64,000 nucleotides of DNA. Source: Verrucomicrobiaceae bacterium (GTDB lineage Bacteria; Verrucomicrobiota; Verrucomicrobiia; Verrucomicrobiales; Akkermansiaceae). The stretch covers positions 128,001-192,000 of the forward strand of contig JBPOGH010000002.1 of the NCBI GenBank assembly GCA_051252135.1, in the 5' to 3' direction. The notes under the pieces were generated by a model. That model searched no databases and was not told the DNA's origin. It saw only the letters and a program-made list of their open reading frames with translations. Shown here piece by piece: positions 9,847 through 19,554 of the stretch (position 1 is the first letter of the stretch; the number at the start of each line of letters is the position of its first letter). The position numbers were made by a program, and so were the translations under genes.

Positions 9847-10809
9847 ATGTATTGGTTGAAGATGTTAATGGTCGTATTGAGCGTTTTTATGCCAATGGCT
9901 GTAATTGCTGATGGTGTGATTGGAGAAAAATTTGCTGAGTTGGAAACGAATCTCGGGAAGGTGTATCGCAATGTCGTGATCAAGTCCGTAGATGCCCAAG
10001 GGATTAAAATCATTCATGATGCGGGAATTGGACGGATCAAATTTAACAATCTACCCAAGGAGCTGGCGGAGCGCTTTAGGCCTGCTCCTTCCGAGGAGGT
10101 GATCGAAGAAGACGAGGCGATGAGTGAGTTGGAGGGTGCGGAATCGTTGGAGGTGCTCGGTGAGGGGTTTCGTCTCGAGAGGGCCAAGGCGATTGGGGAG
10201 GAGCTCGGTGAGCTAAAAACCGGCCCGGGGAAAATCTATAAGAGAGCGGTCATTAAGGCGGTCGATGATGTGGGAATCCGAATCACTCATGCGGGCGGGG
10301 TGGGTCGAATTTCGTTTGAGGATCTGCCAAGAGCGATGGGAGAGAGGTTTGGTTACGATCCCCGACGAGTTGAGGTGTTGAAAGCGGAGGCCAAGGCTCA
10401 GGCGGCAGCCCAGGCAGAGGCTCGCCGCAAGGTGAGGGAGGAACGTGCCAGAGTGGCTGAAAATTCCAAGGGGATGCCCAAGGAGCTTAGCAATGAGGCG
10501 AAGCGAAAGATTCAGGAACATGAAGTGAGAATTCGGAAGCTGAATGAGGGGATCGCCAACGCGACTAAAGAGATTGCAGAGTTGAGAGAGAAGGCTGCCT
10601 ATTATATGGCCAATTCGCAGAGGTCGGTGCGTGTCACGATGCCCGACGGATCAATTTACACAGAGATGCGAAGTGTGCCCTCAAAGGTTAAGAGAGCTCA
10701 GACCCATCAAAGGAATGCGACGCGTTTGGAGAAGGAGGTTGGCGAAGCGAATCAACTTATTGCGGCTTTGGGGGAAAAGATTCGCCAGTTGAGAGATACA
10801 GCGAAGTAG
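9847..10809 (+). CDS. Secreted hypothetical protein with a duplicated small beta domain and C-terminal coiled coil
   Basis: Two copies of 'LxTxxGKxYxxxVIKxVDxxGIxIxHxxGxGRIxFxxLPxxxxERF'; heptad-rich C-terminus. Confidence 0.75.
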   Translation: MYWLKMLMVVLSVFMPMAVIADGVIGEKFAELETNLGKVYRNVVIKSVDAQGIKIIHDAGIGRIKFNNLPKELAERFRPAPSEEVIEEDEAMSELEGAESLEVLGEGFRLERAKAIGEELGELKTGPGKIYKRAVIKAVDDVGIRITHAGGVGRISFEDLPRAMGERFGYDPRRVEVLKAEAKAQAAAQAEARRKVREERARVAENSKGMPKELSNEAKRKIQEHEVRIRKLNEGIANATKEIAELREKAAYYMANSQRSVRVTMPDGSIYTEMRSVPSKVKRAQTHQRNATRLEKEVGEANQLIAALGEKIRQLRDTAK

Positions 10810-10812
10810 TGA

Positions 10813-11172
10813 TCAGAATGCACGTGAGTGGAGGAGGACGAGGGTGCAGGCGTTTTCGGTTTTGATGCCGGCTTGTTGGAAGGCGGTTTGGGCTTCCGGG
10901 GATTCGGTGCCAGGGTTGAAGATGATGCGTTGGGGTTTTGCCCGAATGATTTCGGGGATAAGGGGGGCGAGGCGGTCGGGTCCGAGGTAGAGGGTGAGGG
11001 TGTCGATGGGTTCGGTGATGTCTGAGATGGATTGGTAGCCGGGGATGCCGAGGATTTCGGCTCCGGTGGGGCTGATGGGGAGGACGGTGTGTTGGTGTTC
11101 GGTGAGGAGGAGCTGGGCTTTGTGGGCGTAGCGTTCGGGTTTGGGGCTGGCTCCGAGGATGGCGACGTTCAT
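10813..11172 (-). CDS. CoA-binding protein (YccU-like)
   Basis: True start MNVAILGASPKPERYAH lies inside the long track ORF; 'IDTLTLY...IIFNPGTES...ACTLVL'. Confidence 0.88.
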   Translation of the reverse strand: MNVAILGASPKPERYAHKAQLLLTEHQHTVLPISPTGAEILGIPGYQSISDITEPIDTLTLYLGPDRLAPLIPEIIRAKPQRIIFNPGTESPEAQTAFQQAGIKTENACTLVLLHSRAF

Positions 11173-11176
11173 GATT

Positions 11177-12349
11177 TTAGTAGGTGTGGAAGGGGGCGTG
11201 GGTGAGGGGGGTGGTGCCGGGGGGGATTTGAATGATGCCATTGGCAGCGAGGGGGGCGAGGAAGTCGCCGGAGTTTTGGGGGGTGAAGACGTTGAGGGTG
11301 CCGACCGGGTTGAGGAGGGCGGGGTAGAAGAGGGTGAGCTTGGGATGGGGGGTGAGGGGTTGTGCGAGGGGGAGGGTGGGGGTGATTTTTGGGGGGAGTC
11401 CGACGAGGGCCCGGAGGGCGGGGACGAGGTAGCGTTGGAAGGTGGTGAAGGTGGAGTTGGGGTTGCCGGGGAGGGCGGCGACGCCGGGCCAGCAGGCGAG
11501 GGGTTTGCCTGGGCGTTGGGCGACGCCGTGGAAGAGGGGTGGGCCGATGAGGGATTCGAGGGCGGGGCGAACGTAGTCTTTTTTGCCCTTGGAGATGCCG
11601 CCGGAGAGGATGATGAGGTCGCTTTGTTGGCGGGCTTGGGCGATGCCGGTGGTGGTTGCTTCGAGGTCGTCGGGCAGGTGGGCGAGGGTGATTTGGGCGG
11701 GGCCCCAGGATTCGATGGCGGCTTTGAGGGTGAGGCCATTGGAGCGCCGGAGTTGATGGGGGAGAGGGGTGTCCTCGGGAGGGAGGAGTTCGTCGCCGGT
11801 GGAGAGGATGGTGATGCGGGGGAGGCGGGTGACGGAGAGGGAGGTGGCTCCGATGGAGGCGGCAAGGCCGAGTTGGAGCGGGCCGAGGAGGGTGCCGGGG
11901 GTGAGGAGGAGGTGGCCTTGGGGGGCGTCACTGCCTTGGCGGTGGATGAATTTTCCGGGTTGGATTTCGCCGTTGATTTGGGCGTGGGTGTCGGTGAGGG
12001 AGAGTTCCTCGTAGGGGACGATGGTATCGCAGTCCGGCGGGAGGACGGCACCGGTCATGATCTGCCAGCAGGCGCCGGGGGGGAGTGGAGCGGGGGCGGG
12101 GGAGCCGGCGGGGTGGAGTCCGTGGAGGGAGAGATTTTTTTCACCGGTGTTCCGGAAGGCGATGCCGTCCATGGTGACGCGATCGAAGGGCGGGAAGGGG
12201 CGGTCGGCGTGGAGGGGTTCGCGGAGGACGCGGTTGAGGGCTTCGGTGAGGGGAACGGGCTCCGAAGGGAGGGGAGAGATCGAGGAGAGGATGAGGGCTT
12301 CCGCTTCGGCCGGTGAGAGGAGGTTCACGGGGTGATGATGCACTGGCAT
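11177..12349 (-). CDS. moeA: Molybdopterin molybdotransferase MoeA (start may be GTG 12328)
   Basis: 'PPFDRVTMDGIA', 'IMTGAVLP', 'STGDEL', 'SGGISKGKKDY', 'RPGKP', 'LPGNP'. Confidence 0.9.
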   Translation of the reverse strand: MPVHHHPVNLLSPAEAEALILSSISPLPSEPVPLTEALNRVLREPLHADRPFPPFDRVTMDGIAFRNTGEKNLSLHGLHPAGSPAPAPLPPGACWQIMTGAVLPPDCDTIVPYEELSLTDTHAQINGEIQPGKFIHRQGSDAPQGHLLLTPGTLLGPLQLGLAASIGATSLSVTRLPRITILSTGDELLPPEDTPLPHQLRRSNGLTLKAAIESWGPAQITLAHLPDDLEATTTGIAQARQQSDLIILSGGISKGKKDYVRPALESLIGPPLFHGVAQRPGKPLACWPGVAALPGNPNSTFTTFQRYLVPALRALVGLPPKITPTLPLAQPLTPHPKLTLFYPALLNPVGTLNVFTPQNSGDFLAPLAANGIIQIPPGTTPLTHAPFHTY

Positions 12350-12377
12350 TTCTGAAATGGGAAGGTAGGTTGGAGGA

Positions 12378-13694
12378 GTGAAGGTGATTTTGTCGTTTCT
12401 GATGTTGATCGTGCCTTTGGCGGCGACGGAGATTCGGGTGGCGACATTTAATACGTCGTTGGCGATGGAATCGCGGGGGAGGCTTGCGGCGTTGTTGCGG
12501 GGTTCGACGTTTTCGCAGGCGAAGCGGGTGGCGGAGGTGATTCAGACGATTGATCCGGACATCATTTTGCTGAATGAGTTTGATTATGATGCGAATGGGA
12601 CGGCGCTTGGGCGGTTTAACACGAATTATTTGAATGTGGGGCAGGGCGGGAAGGCGGGGGTGGATTATCCTTATCGGTATGTGGCGGAGTCGAACACGGG
12701 GATTCATTCGGGGTTGGATTTGGACAATGTGAACGGGATTGATGCGACGCCGGGCGATGAGGGATATGGCGGGGATGCGTGGGGGTTTGGGGAGTTTGAG
12801 GGGAAGTATGCGATGGCGGTGTTATCGAAGTATCCGATTGATGAGGAGGCGGTGCGGACGTTTCAGTTACTGAAGTGGTCGGCGATGCCGGGGGCCTTGA
12901 TTCCGGAGCCGTTTTATTCGCCGGAGGAGAAGGCGGTGCTGCGGCTTTCGTCGAAGAGCCACTGGGATGTGCCGATTGTGGTGGAGGGGCAGCGGGTGCA
13001 TTTTTTGGTGAGTCATCCGACGCCTCCGGTTTTTGATGGTGCGGAGGATCGGAACGGGAAGCGGAATCATGATGAGATTCGGCTGTGGGCGGATTATCTG
13101 ACGGAGGGGGCGGATGGTTATCTGGTGGATGATTTGGGGAAAGAGGGAGGTCTGGGTGCGGGTGAACGATTTGTGATTGCGGGGGATCAGAATGCGGATC
13201 CGACGCGGGGTGACAGTGTGGCGGCGGCGATCAATCAGCTGTTGCTGCATCCCCGGGTGGACAACTCGGTGACGCCGGAGCGGACGGGGACGGCGAGTGG
13301 GATTGCGAGGACGAATACCTCGACGTTTAATTTGCGGGTGGATTATGTGCTGCCGTCGAAAGAGGGGTTTACGAATCTGGGAGGAGCGGTGTATTGGCCG
13401 GATGGGACGGACAACACTCTGTTTGGCGGGTTGGATCACCGTCCGGTTTATATGGATTTACGGATTGAGCCGACGGTGGAGGAGGCGATTGGTGATCTTA
13501 CGATTGGGGTTGAGGCGGAGACGGTTACCTTGAGCTGGAAGGGGGTGGAGTCGCTCGAATATGGAATTTTGGCGAGTTCGGATTTGGATGTTTGGGTGCC
13601 CTTGGACGCGGTGATCTCGTTTGAGGGAGGAGTGGCGACGGCGACTTTTTCGGGTGCAGGGGACCGGCGATTTTTGCGGGTGGTTGTGGAGTAG
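12378..13694 (+). CDS. Secreted endonuclease/exonuclease/phosphatase-family protein with C-terminal tail domain
   Basis: 'RVATFN', 'DIILLNEFD', 'LSSKSHWDVP', 'SHPTPPVFDGAEDRNGKRNHDE', 'GDQNAD', 'DYVLPS', 'DHRPV'. Confidence 0.88.
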   Translation: MKVILSFLMLIVPLAATEIRVATFNTSLAMESRGRLAALLRGSTFSQAKRVAEVIQTIDPDIILLNEFDYDANGTALGRFNTNYLNVGQGGKAGVDYPYRYVAESNTGIHSGLDLDNVNGIDATPGDEGYGGDAWGFGEFEGKYAMAVLSKYPIDEEAVRTFQLLKWSAMPGALIPEPFYSPEEKAVLRLSSKSHWDVPIVVEGQRVHFLVSHPTPPVFDGAEDRNGKRNHDEIRLWADYLTEGADGYLVDDLGKEGGLGAGERFVIAGDQNADPTRGDSVAAAINQLLLHPRVDNSVTPERTGTASGIARTNTSTFNLRVDYVLPSKEGFTNLGGAVYWPDGTDNTLFGGLDHRPVYMDLRIEPTVEEAIGDLTIGVEAETVTLSWKGVESLEYGILASSDLDVWVPLDAVISFEGGVATATFSGAGDRRFLRVVVE

Positions 13695-13812
13695 GGTGTG
13701 CGGCGGGGTATGCCTTGCGCTCATGGAAGGTGACGGAAATGTCACGCGGGTTCCTTATCGTGATGGTCCGGGGCGTGCTCTATTCGCCTCTGTTAACCAC
13801 CCCCATTTGACC

Positions 13813-14169
13813 ATGACCGACCCTGCGGAGGAACTTCCTCCTGAATCTGCCTGTTGGGATCGTGAGGCCCTGACCCACCTGCAACATGATTTGCATCGCA
13901 GCAAGGCCGAGATTGCGGCGTTGCTTGAGCAAGAGAGCGAGCATCCGGCGTTTGATCCGCTCAAGGTGCGGGATATGATTCGTGAGGCGGAACGGCAGGG
14001 GAAGCATCCGAATGCGCTTATTTTGGGGATGCTGGAGTCGGCCTCCTTTCGCCATTTTGTGTGCCGTGGATTTGGAGAAGAATCCGGGAGTGAGTTGAAG
14101 ACCCATTATTTTATGGGGCTGACGATTCATGAAGATTGCTGTCTGAGTCGTCTGGAACTTGCAGCCTGA
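13813..14169 (+). CDS. Hypothetical protein
   Basis: MTDPAEELPP... 118-aa frame filling the gap between flanking genes. Confidence 0.55.
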   Translation: MTDPAEELPPESACWDREALTHLQHDLHRSKAEIAALLEQESEHPAFDPLKVRDMIREAERQGKHPNALILGMLESASFRHFVCRGFGEESGSELKTHYFMGLTIHEDCCLSRLELAA

Positions 14170-14209
14170 CTTGTGAAGTCCTGTTTCTTTGGATACTCTC
14201 GGCTTCCGC

Positions 14210-14896
14210 ATGAGAGTTCCCCTTACGCTCGCCCTGGCAGGCTGTGTCGCGATTGTCGCTTGTTCGACCTCCCCCCGTTGGGTAGGACGTGATCCGGTGG
14301 CTGCTGATTTTCCGAAGTCGAGTAACCCGCTTTATGCCCAAGCGGATTTGATTGAGATCCGGGAGGTTGATTCCTCGGTGGAGATCAGTTTGCAGTATAC
14401 GGGGCCGACGAACATTTCGAAAAAGCCGCTCTACTATCCGGGGATGCCGGCCTTGTTGAGACCGGAAACGGCGGTGCGGCTGGAGAAGGCGAACGGGATT
14501 TTGAAGGGGCAGGGGTATCGGTTGATGGTGTGGGATGCGTGGCGGCCGCCGAGTGCGCAGTTTAAATTGTGGGATGCGTCGGGACACGATGATCGGTTTG
14601 TGGCGAATCCGCACAGCAAGCCCTCGCAACATTCGTGCGGGACGGCGGTGGATGTGACACTGGCGGATGCGTCGGGGAAGGCGCTAGCGATGCCGACGAT
14701 CTTTGACAGCTTTACGCCGGCGGCGTCGGCTTACTACGACAATCCCGATCCGGTGATTCAGGAGCGGAAGAAGATTCTGCAGGCGGCGATGGCGGAGGCG
14801 GGATTTCTTCTTTTGCCCAACGAGTGGTGGCATTTTATCGACCGGAATTTCCAGAACTACCCCGACACCATTTCCCTTGAGGATATTCGACCATGA
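14210..14896 (+). CDS. ddpX: D-alanyl-D-alanine dipeptidase (M15D, VanX/DdpX family) lipoprotein
   Basis: 'WDAWRP', 'SQHSCGTAVDVTL' (SxHxxGxAxD), 'EWWHF'; lipobox IVAC. Confidence 0.88.
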   Translation: MRVPLTLALAGCVAIVACSTSPRWVGRDPVAADFPKSSNPLYAQADLIEIREVDSSVEISLQYTGPTNISKKPLYYPGMPALLRPETAVRLEKANGILKGQGYRLMVWDAWRPPSAQFKLWDASGHDDRFVANPHSKPSQHSCGTAVDVTLADASGKALAMPTIFDSFTPAASAYYDNPDPVIQERKKILQAAMAEAGFLLLPNEWWHFIDRNFQNYPDTISLEDIRP

Positions 14897-16302
14897 AAAC
14901 TTTCGTACTTCTCTTTCTTTCTGCGGCGGCATTGAGCGCGCAGATCAAGCCGTTGGTGAGCACTTATCTGGGTGACGGGGAGCGGAATTTTTACGGGAAT
15001 GTTTCGCCGACAAAGCTGAAGGTGAAATGGAAGACGCACCTTGGGAGCGGGAAGACGGAATTCGGGAATGGTGATGTGCGGACGTGGAAGGGGGCGGGTT
15101 GGACGGGGCAGCCGCTGGTGATTGAGGAGAACGGGGAGATTTATTTGATTCAGGGGACGCTGAGTCATCATTTGAAAAAGATTCGGGCGCGGGACGGGAA
15201 GGTGGTCTGGAGTACGAGTGTGGGTGATGTGATCAAGGGGACTCCGACTTTTGCGGATGTGAAGCGGGGGGATGCGGAGAATCGTTATGTGCTGATTACG
15301 GGGAGCCGGAGTGGGTTTGGGCAGCATTGGCGGACGGGGACGGCGCACTCGTTGCACGGGATTTCTTATGTGACGGGGAAGAAGCTTTGGCGGCATAACA
15401 GCCGGGCGACGGCATCGAACAGCCGGGACTGTGATGCGTCGGCGCTGATGATTGGGTCGAAGGCGTGTGTGCCGTTGGAGAACGGATATTTTACGGTTTT
15501 TTCTCCTGATCCGGCGAAGGCGAAGATGGTGGAGGGTTTTCCGGCGCCGAGTATCAGTAAGCAGTATTTGCTCTATCGGGAGTCGGACCGTCAGTTGTAT
15601 CGATCGGAGTTGTGCTGTGAGTCATCGCCGACGCTCTACGGCGGGAAGGCGTATGTGGCGGCGGGGGTGGGGCGGCTGTATTCGTGCGGGACGGGGATGT
15701 TTGGTGGGGCCGGGTGGGGGCTGGATATCGGGGGGGATTTGAACGGGACGATGCCGTTGACGAATGATAAACATTTGTTGGTGGGGATCGAGCGGCAGTT
15801 TATTCCGGGGAAGGGCGGGGTGATGAAGGTGAAGCCGGGTGGTGGGGTGAAGTGGTTTTATCCGGCGCCGAACGTGAAATTTTACACTTGGAATGGCGGG
15901 CTGGTGGGGTCGCCGGCGGTGAATCATCGTTACGAGTCACCGGTGTCGAAGGACCTGGCGTGCTTTGTGGATGTGAATGCGACGTTGACGCTGATCAATC
16001 ACAAGGAGGTGCAGCCGGGGGTGATGGTGCCGGGGCCGTTGATGAAGAAGCAGTTTCCGGTGCCGGTGGTGCTGGATCAGGTGAAGCTGCCGACGGGGTC
16101 GATTTCGACTCCGCTCTTTGTGGGGAACAAGATCATCGTGGGATACGACAACGGGATGGATCTTTACGAGGTGACGGCGGGGCAGAAACTGCGTCGGTTG
16201 GATCGACTCAAGGGGCCGATGTTTGACGCGACGCCGGTGGTGTGGAACGGGCGGGTGTATGCGGGGTCGAAGAACGGGTATCTGTATTGTTTGGGGAATT
16301 AA
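14893..16302 (+). CDS. Secreted PQQ-like beta-propeller protein
   Basis: Signal peptide; 'WTGQPL', 'ESSPT', 'DATPVVWNGRVYAGSKNGYLYCLG'; ATGA overlap with ddpX. Confidence 0.75.
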   Translation: MKTFVLLFLSAAALSAQIKPLVSTYLGDGERNFYGNVSPTKLKVKWKTHLGSGKTEFGNGDVRTWKGAGWTGQPLVIEENGEIYLIQGTLSHHLKKIRARDGKVVWSTSVGDVIKGTPTFADVKRGDAENRYVLITGSRSGFGQHWRTGTAHSLHGISYVTGKKLWRHNSRATASNSRDCDASALMIGSKACVPLENGYFTVFSPDPAKAKMVEGFPAPSISKQYLLYRESDRQLYRSELCCESSPTLYGGKAYVAAGVGRLYSCGTGMFGGAGWGLDIGGDLNGTMPLTNDKHLLVGIERQFIPGKGGVMKVKPGGGVKWFYPAPNVKFYTWNGGLVGSPAVNHRYESPVSKDLACFVDVNATLTLINHKEVQPGVMVPGPLMKKQFPVPVVLDQVKLPTGSISTPLFVGNKIIVGYDNGMDLYEVTAGQKLRRLDRLKGPMFDATPVVWNGRVYAGSKNGYLYCLGN

Positions 16303-16372
16303 GTGGAGGTTTTCGAGGAGAGGGTCAGATACATATTGATGTTGAGAGAGTTGGGGTATACGACTTCAGACG

Positions 16373-17362
16373 ATGAAGAAGATTTTTTGGGCAGTCGCGA
16401 TGGTAGGATTGGCGAAGGGGCAGACCTTGGTCATTCCGGGGAGCGGTAATCTGTCGGTGCTGGCGGATACGACGTCTCAATTGGATTTGATCGACGGGTT
16501 GGCTTTTGATGTGAACGGGAATCTTTTTGGGGCATTGGAGATTGATTCGAGTTCGGGTGGAGTGGTGGTGATTGACAAGGTTACGGGGCAGGTAACTTCG
16601 TTGGTTGATGGAATTCCCCGGGCGGATCAGCTGAACTTTTCTCCGAACGGGAAGTTGTATGTGACTGCCGAGGTGCCGGGAGCATCGACGACGGATCGAA
16701 TTTATGAGGTGGAGGTGACGTATTCGGGCGGGGTGCCGGTGAGTGCGACCAAGACAAGTCTGACGACGACGGCCGGGATTAATAATCCCGAGGGCTTGGC
16801 CGTGCTTCAGTCTTCGGGGGTGTTTGGTGATGCGGGGACTTTGCTGGTAGCGGAGCATGCGAGCCCGGGGACGATCTGGTCGATCAATCCGTCGACCGGG
16901 GCGAGCACTGCGCTGGCGCTAGGTCTGGCGAGTGGGGAGGGGATGAGCATCGGTGATTTTTCGGGAGGGGGGATTTATGGTCTTTATATTGCGGAAACGG
17001 GGGCCAATCGGGTGACGAGGGTGGATCCTGATGGAACGAAAACGGCGCTTGGGGATGGCACGACGGTGTCCATGACCAATCCGGACAATGTGGCTTTTGG
17101 TCCCGATGGTTATGTGTATGTCTCGGAGGATGTGGCCGGGACGGGTGGTCGGATTTTGAGGGCGAATGCGGCCGGGGTGTGGGAGGTATTTGCCACCGGT
17201 TTCAATGAGCCGCAGGGGATGTTGTTTGGTGCGGACGGGACGATGTATATCTCGGAGCAGGGGGAGGATCGGATTTGGCAGGTCACGCCGGTGCCGGAGC
17301 CGGCTTCGATCGCACTGGTGGGCTTGACGGGACTGGTGCTGCTGAGGAGGAAGAGGAGGTAA
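16373..17362 (+). CDS. PEP-CTERM protein with NHL/SMP-30-like beta-propeller
   Basis: Repeats 'DGLAFD / NPEGLAV / NPDNVAFGPDGYVYVSE / EPQGMLFGADGTMYISE'; C-terminal VPEPASIALVGLTGLVLLRRKRR. Confidence 0.9.
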   Translation: MKKIFWAVAMVGLAKGQTLVIPGSGNLSVLADTTSQLDLIDGLAFDVNGNLFGALEIDSSSGGVVVIDKVTGQVTSLVDGIPRADQLNFSPNGKLYVTAEVPGASTTDRIYEVEVTYSGGVPVSATKTSLTTTAGINNPEGLAVLQSSGVFGDAGTLLVAEHASPGTIWSINPSTGASTALALGLASGEGMSIGDFSGGGIYGLYIAETGANRVTRVDPDGTKTALGDGTTVSMTNPDNVAFGPDGYVYVSEDVAGTGGRILRANAAGVWEVFATGFNEPQGMLFGADGTMYISEQGEDRIWQVTPVPEPASIALVGLTGLVLLRRKRR

Positions 17363-17418
17363 TCTCTCCCGGGCATCCGACGCTTCGGTGGGATATTTTG
17401 TCGAGGAGGGGGATGTTA

Positions 17419-17452
17419 CGGGTCCGCGGTTTGCGTGGACCCGCTTTAATTT
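17419..17452. terminator. Hairpin between convergent genes (terminator or REP-like)
   Basis: CGGGTCCGCG-gtttg-CGTGGACCCG followed by CTTTAATTT. Confidence 0.45.
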
Positions 17453-17456
17453 GGCC

Positions 17457-18314
17457 CTATTTGGCAGCGGCGGCGAAGCGTTCCTTCATGAGGAGGGCGA
17501 GCTTGTCGAACTTGCTGAGGCGGTAGCGTTTTTCGAAGACGCGGTAACCATCCTCTCTCATGCGGAGGAGGAGGGTGTGGTAGATTTTGTGCATCACGCG
17601 GGGGGCGAGGAGGGCTTTGTGGTCTTCCGGGGGGAGGAGGGCGGTGGCTTGATCGTAGTATTCCTGGGCGCGTTGGGCCTGGAATTCCATGTAGGCGGTG
17701 AAGCGGTGGTCGTGGACGCGGTTGATGAGGTCTTGCTCGGTGTATTGGAAGCGGTCGAGCTCGCTGAGGGGGAGGTAGATGCGGTTTCCGTTGGCGAGGT
17801 CTTCGCCGATGTCCCGGAGGATGTTGGTGAGCTGGAGGGCGTGGCCGAGGGCGATGGCGTAGTCTTTTGCGCGGTCTTTATCGGCTCCGAAGAGGGGGAG
17901 GCAGACGAGGCCGACGGAGGAGGCGACGCGGAAGGTGTATTGCTGGAGGTCTTCCCAGGTGTCGAAGCGCTGGGGATGGAGGTCCATTTGGCAGCCCTCG
18001 ATGACGTTGGTGAAGTATTCGCCGGGGATTTGGTAGCGGTCGCGGACGGCGAGGACATCGCGCTGGAGGTCGACGAGGCCGAGGGAGGGGTCGGGCTCGT
18101 TGGTGGCGAAGATGTTTTTCCAGCCTTCGAGGCCGGAGGTTTTTTGGGCGAGGGGGAGGTCGAGATCGTCAGCGAGGTCATCGATGACGCGGCAGTAGGC
18201 GTAGAAGGTGACGAGGTGGTCACGGCGGTCGCCGGGAACGCAGCGGAGGGCAAAGGCGAGGTTTGACTTCGCTTTGCGGGTGATCTCGGCGGCGGTGGGT
18301 TCTACGGTCATCAT
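17457..18314 (-). CDS. Squalene/phytoene synthase family, presqualene diphosphate synthase (HpnD-like)
   Basis: 'YAYCRVIDDLAD' DDxxD, 'YTFRVASSVG', 'LQLTNILRDIGED', 'RIYLP'. Confidence 0.88.
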   Translation of the reverse strand: MMTVEPTAAEITRKAKSNLAFALRCVPGDRRDHLVTFYAYCRVIDDLADDLDLPLAQKTSGLEGWKNIFATNEPDPSLGLVDLQRDVLAVRDRYQIPGEYFTNVIEGCQMDLHPQRFDTWEDLQQYTFRVASSVGLVCLPLFGADKDRAKDYAIALGHALQLTNILRDIGEDLANGNRIYLPLSELDRFQYTEQDLINRVHDHRFTAYMEFQAQRAQEYYDQATALLPPEDHKALLAPRVMHKIYHTLLLRMREDGYRVFEKRYRLSKFDKLALLMKERFAAAAK

Positions 18315-19501
18315 TCGATGAGACCCCAGTGTCCGCTGGTGAAGGGCCAGAGGGAGAAGAGGGCGGGGCCGACGAGGTTGTATTGCTTGACGGATCCCCA
18401 GTAGCGGGAGTCGAGACTTTCGGGTGAGTTGTCGCCGAGGGCGAAGAATTCGCGGTAGTTGCGGTCGGGATTATCCTGGAGGGTAACGCTGAACTCGGAA
18501 TCCGAGAAGCCGCTGCGGGAGTCGCCCTTTTGGGTGTTGGTGTATCCGGGGTAGCCGTTTTCCTGTGAGGCGACGCGTTGGATGGTTTCTTCTTCGGCGA
18601 GGGATCCGTTGACGTAGAGGTGGGGTGCGTCGACCTGGAGGGTGTCTCCGGGGACTCCGACGAGGCGTTTGATGTAGTGGGTGCCGCCTTGTTGGCTGGA
18701 CATGCGGTCACCGGTGCCGTGGGTGTCGATGCCGCGGGTGTTGAAGACGAAGGATTCGCCGCGGGTGGGTTGGCGGAAGTGGTAGGAGACTTTATCGACG
18801 AGGACGAGGTCACCGGAGGTGAGGCTGCCCTGGAAGATGGGGTCGCCGGCGCGGTAGTGGATGCCGGGGCGGAAGTTTTTACCGGAGCCATCGAGGAGGG
18901 TTTTGCGGATGGTGGGGATGCGCATGACCTCGTTCTTGGGGGCACCAATGGTGACGACGCTGCCATCGCTCATGGAGAGTTTGGTGCGGGAGAAGAGGAA
19001 CCAGCTGCGATCGTCAATGGAGCGGATGCTCAGGTCTCTTTTGGCGACGACGTCCTCGTAGCTTTTACCTTTGATGACGCGCTCGGTGATGCGTTGGCCG
19101 AGCCAGGGCATTTCCCAGTTTTCTTCTTCGTGCTTGGTCTCGGCGATGATGCCGTTGAGGGAGGGCTGCATGGACCCGGTGGGGATGCGGAAGGGTTGGA
19201 CGAAGTAGGCGCGGACGCCGAGGGCGACGACGATGGCGACCCAGAAGACTTCGATGTTTTCCTCGATGGCGTTGGGGGGGCGGTAGTGGGTGAGGGATTT
19301 TTCGCAGACGTTGCGGACTTGTTTGGAGGCTTCCTTGACGGCGTCGAGGTCCTTCTGTTTGACGGCGGCTTTGAGATCGGCGCGGCGTGATTCGATCTCG
19401 GCGACCTTATCGGGCTCGAGGAGATCGCGTTTGTAGTGCACGAATTTTTTAGCGCCCTTGTAGAGGAGGAGCGCTTCTTTTTTCCACCGGGGAGTAAACA
19501 C
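18311..19501 (-). CDS. lepB: Signal peptidase I
   Basis: 'FRIPTGSMQPSL' (catalytic Ser), 'YIKRLVGVPGD' (Lys), 'GDNSPESLDSRYWG'; start GTG 19501 (VFTPRWKK). Confidence 0.93.
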   Translation of the reverse strand: MFTPRWKKEALLLYKGAKKFVHYKRDLLEPDKVAEIESRRADLKAAVKQKDLDAVKEASKQVRNVCEKSLTHYRPPNAIEENIEVFWVAIVVALGVRAYFVQPFRIPTGSMQPSLNGIIAETKHEEENWEMPWLGQRITERVIKGKSYEDVVAKRDLSIRSIDDRSWFLFSRTKLSMSDGSVVTIGAPKNEVMRIPTIRKTLLDGSGKNFRPGIHYRAGDPIFQGSLTSGDLVLVDKVSYHFRQPTRGESFVFNTRGIDTHGTGDRMSSQQGGTHYIKRLVGVPGDTLQVDAPHLYVNGSLAEEETIQRVASQENGYPGYTNTQKGDSRSGFSDSEFSVTLQDNPDRNYREFFALGDNSPESLDSRYWGSVKQYNLVGPALFSLWPFTSGHWGLIE

Positions 19502-19554
19502 GAGGGGAAGGTGCGGCTCCGGGGGTGAATTTTCAAGGGCGAAGTCTGGGTGGG

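Noticed and set aside
10813..12051. 412-aa ORF suggesting a MoeA/CoA-binding fusion or frameshift
   Set aside because: The Pro/Ser-rich N-terminal part is an alternate frame of moeA. The CoA-binding gene has its own ATG at 11172, just after the moeA stop.
13813..14169. Possible phage capsid or encapsulin-like fragment
   Set aside because: Only a vague pattern, too short, and no phage genes in context
14210..14896. Vancomycin-resistance cluster
   Set aside because: No vanH, vanA or vanRS; a lone M15D dipeptidase is widespread
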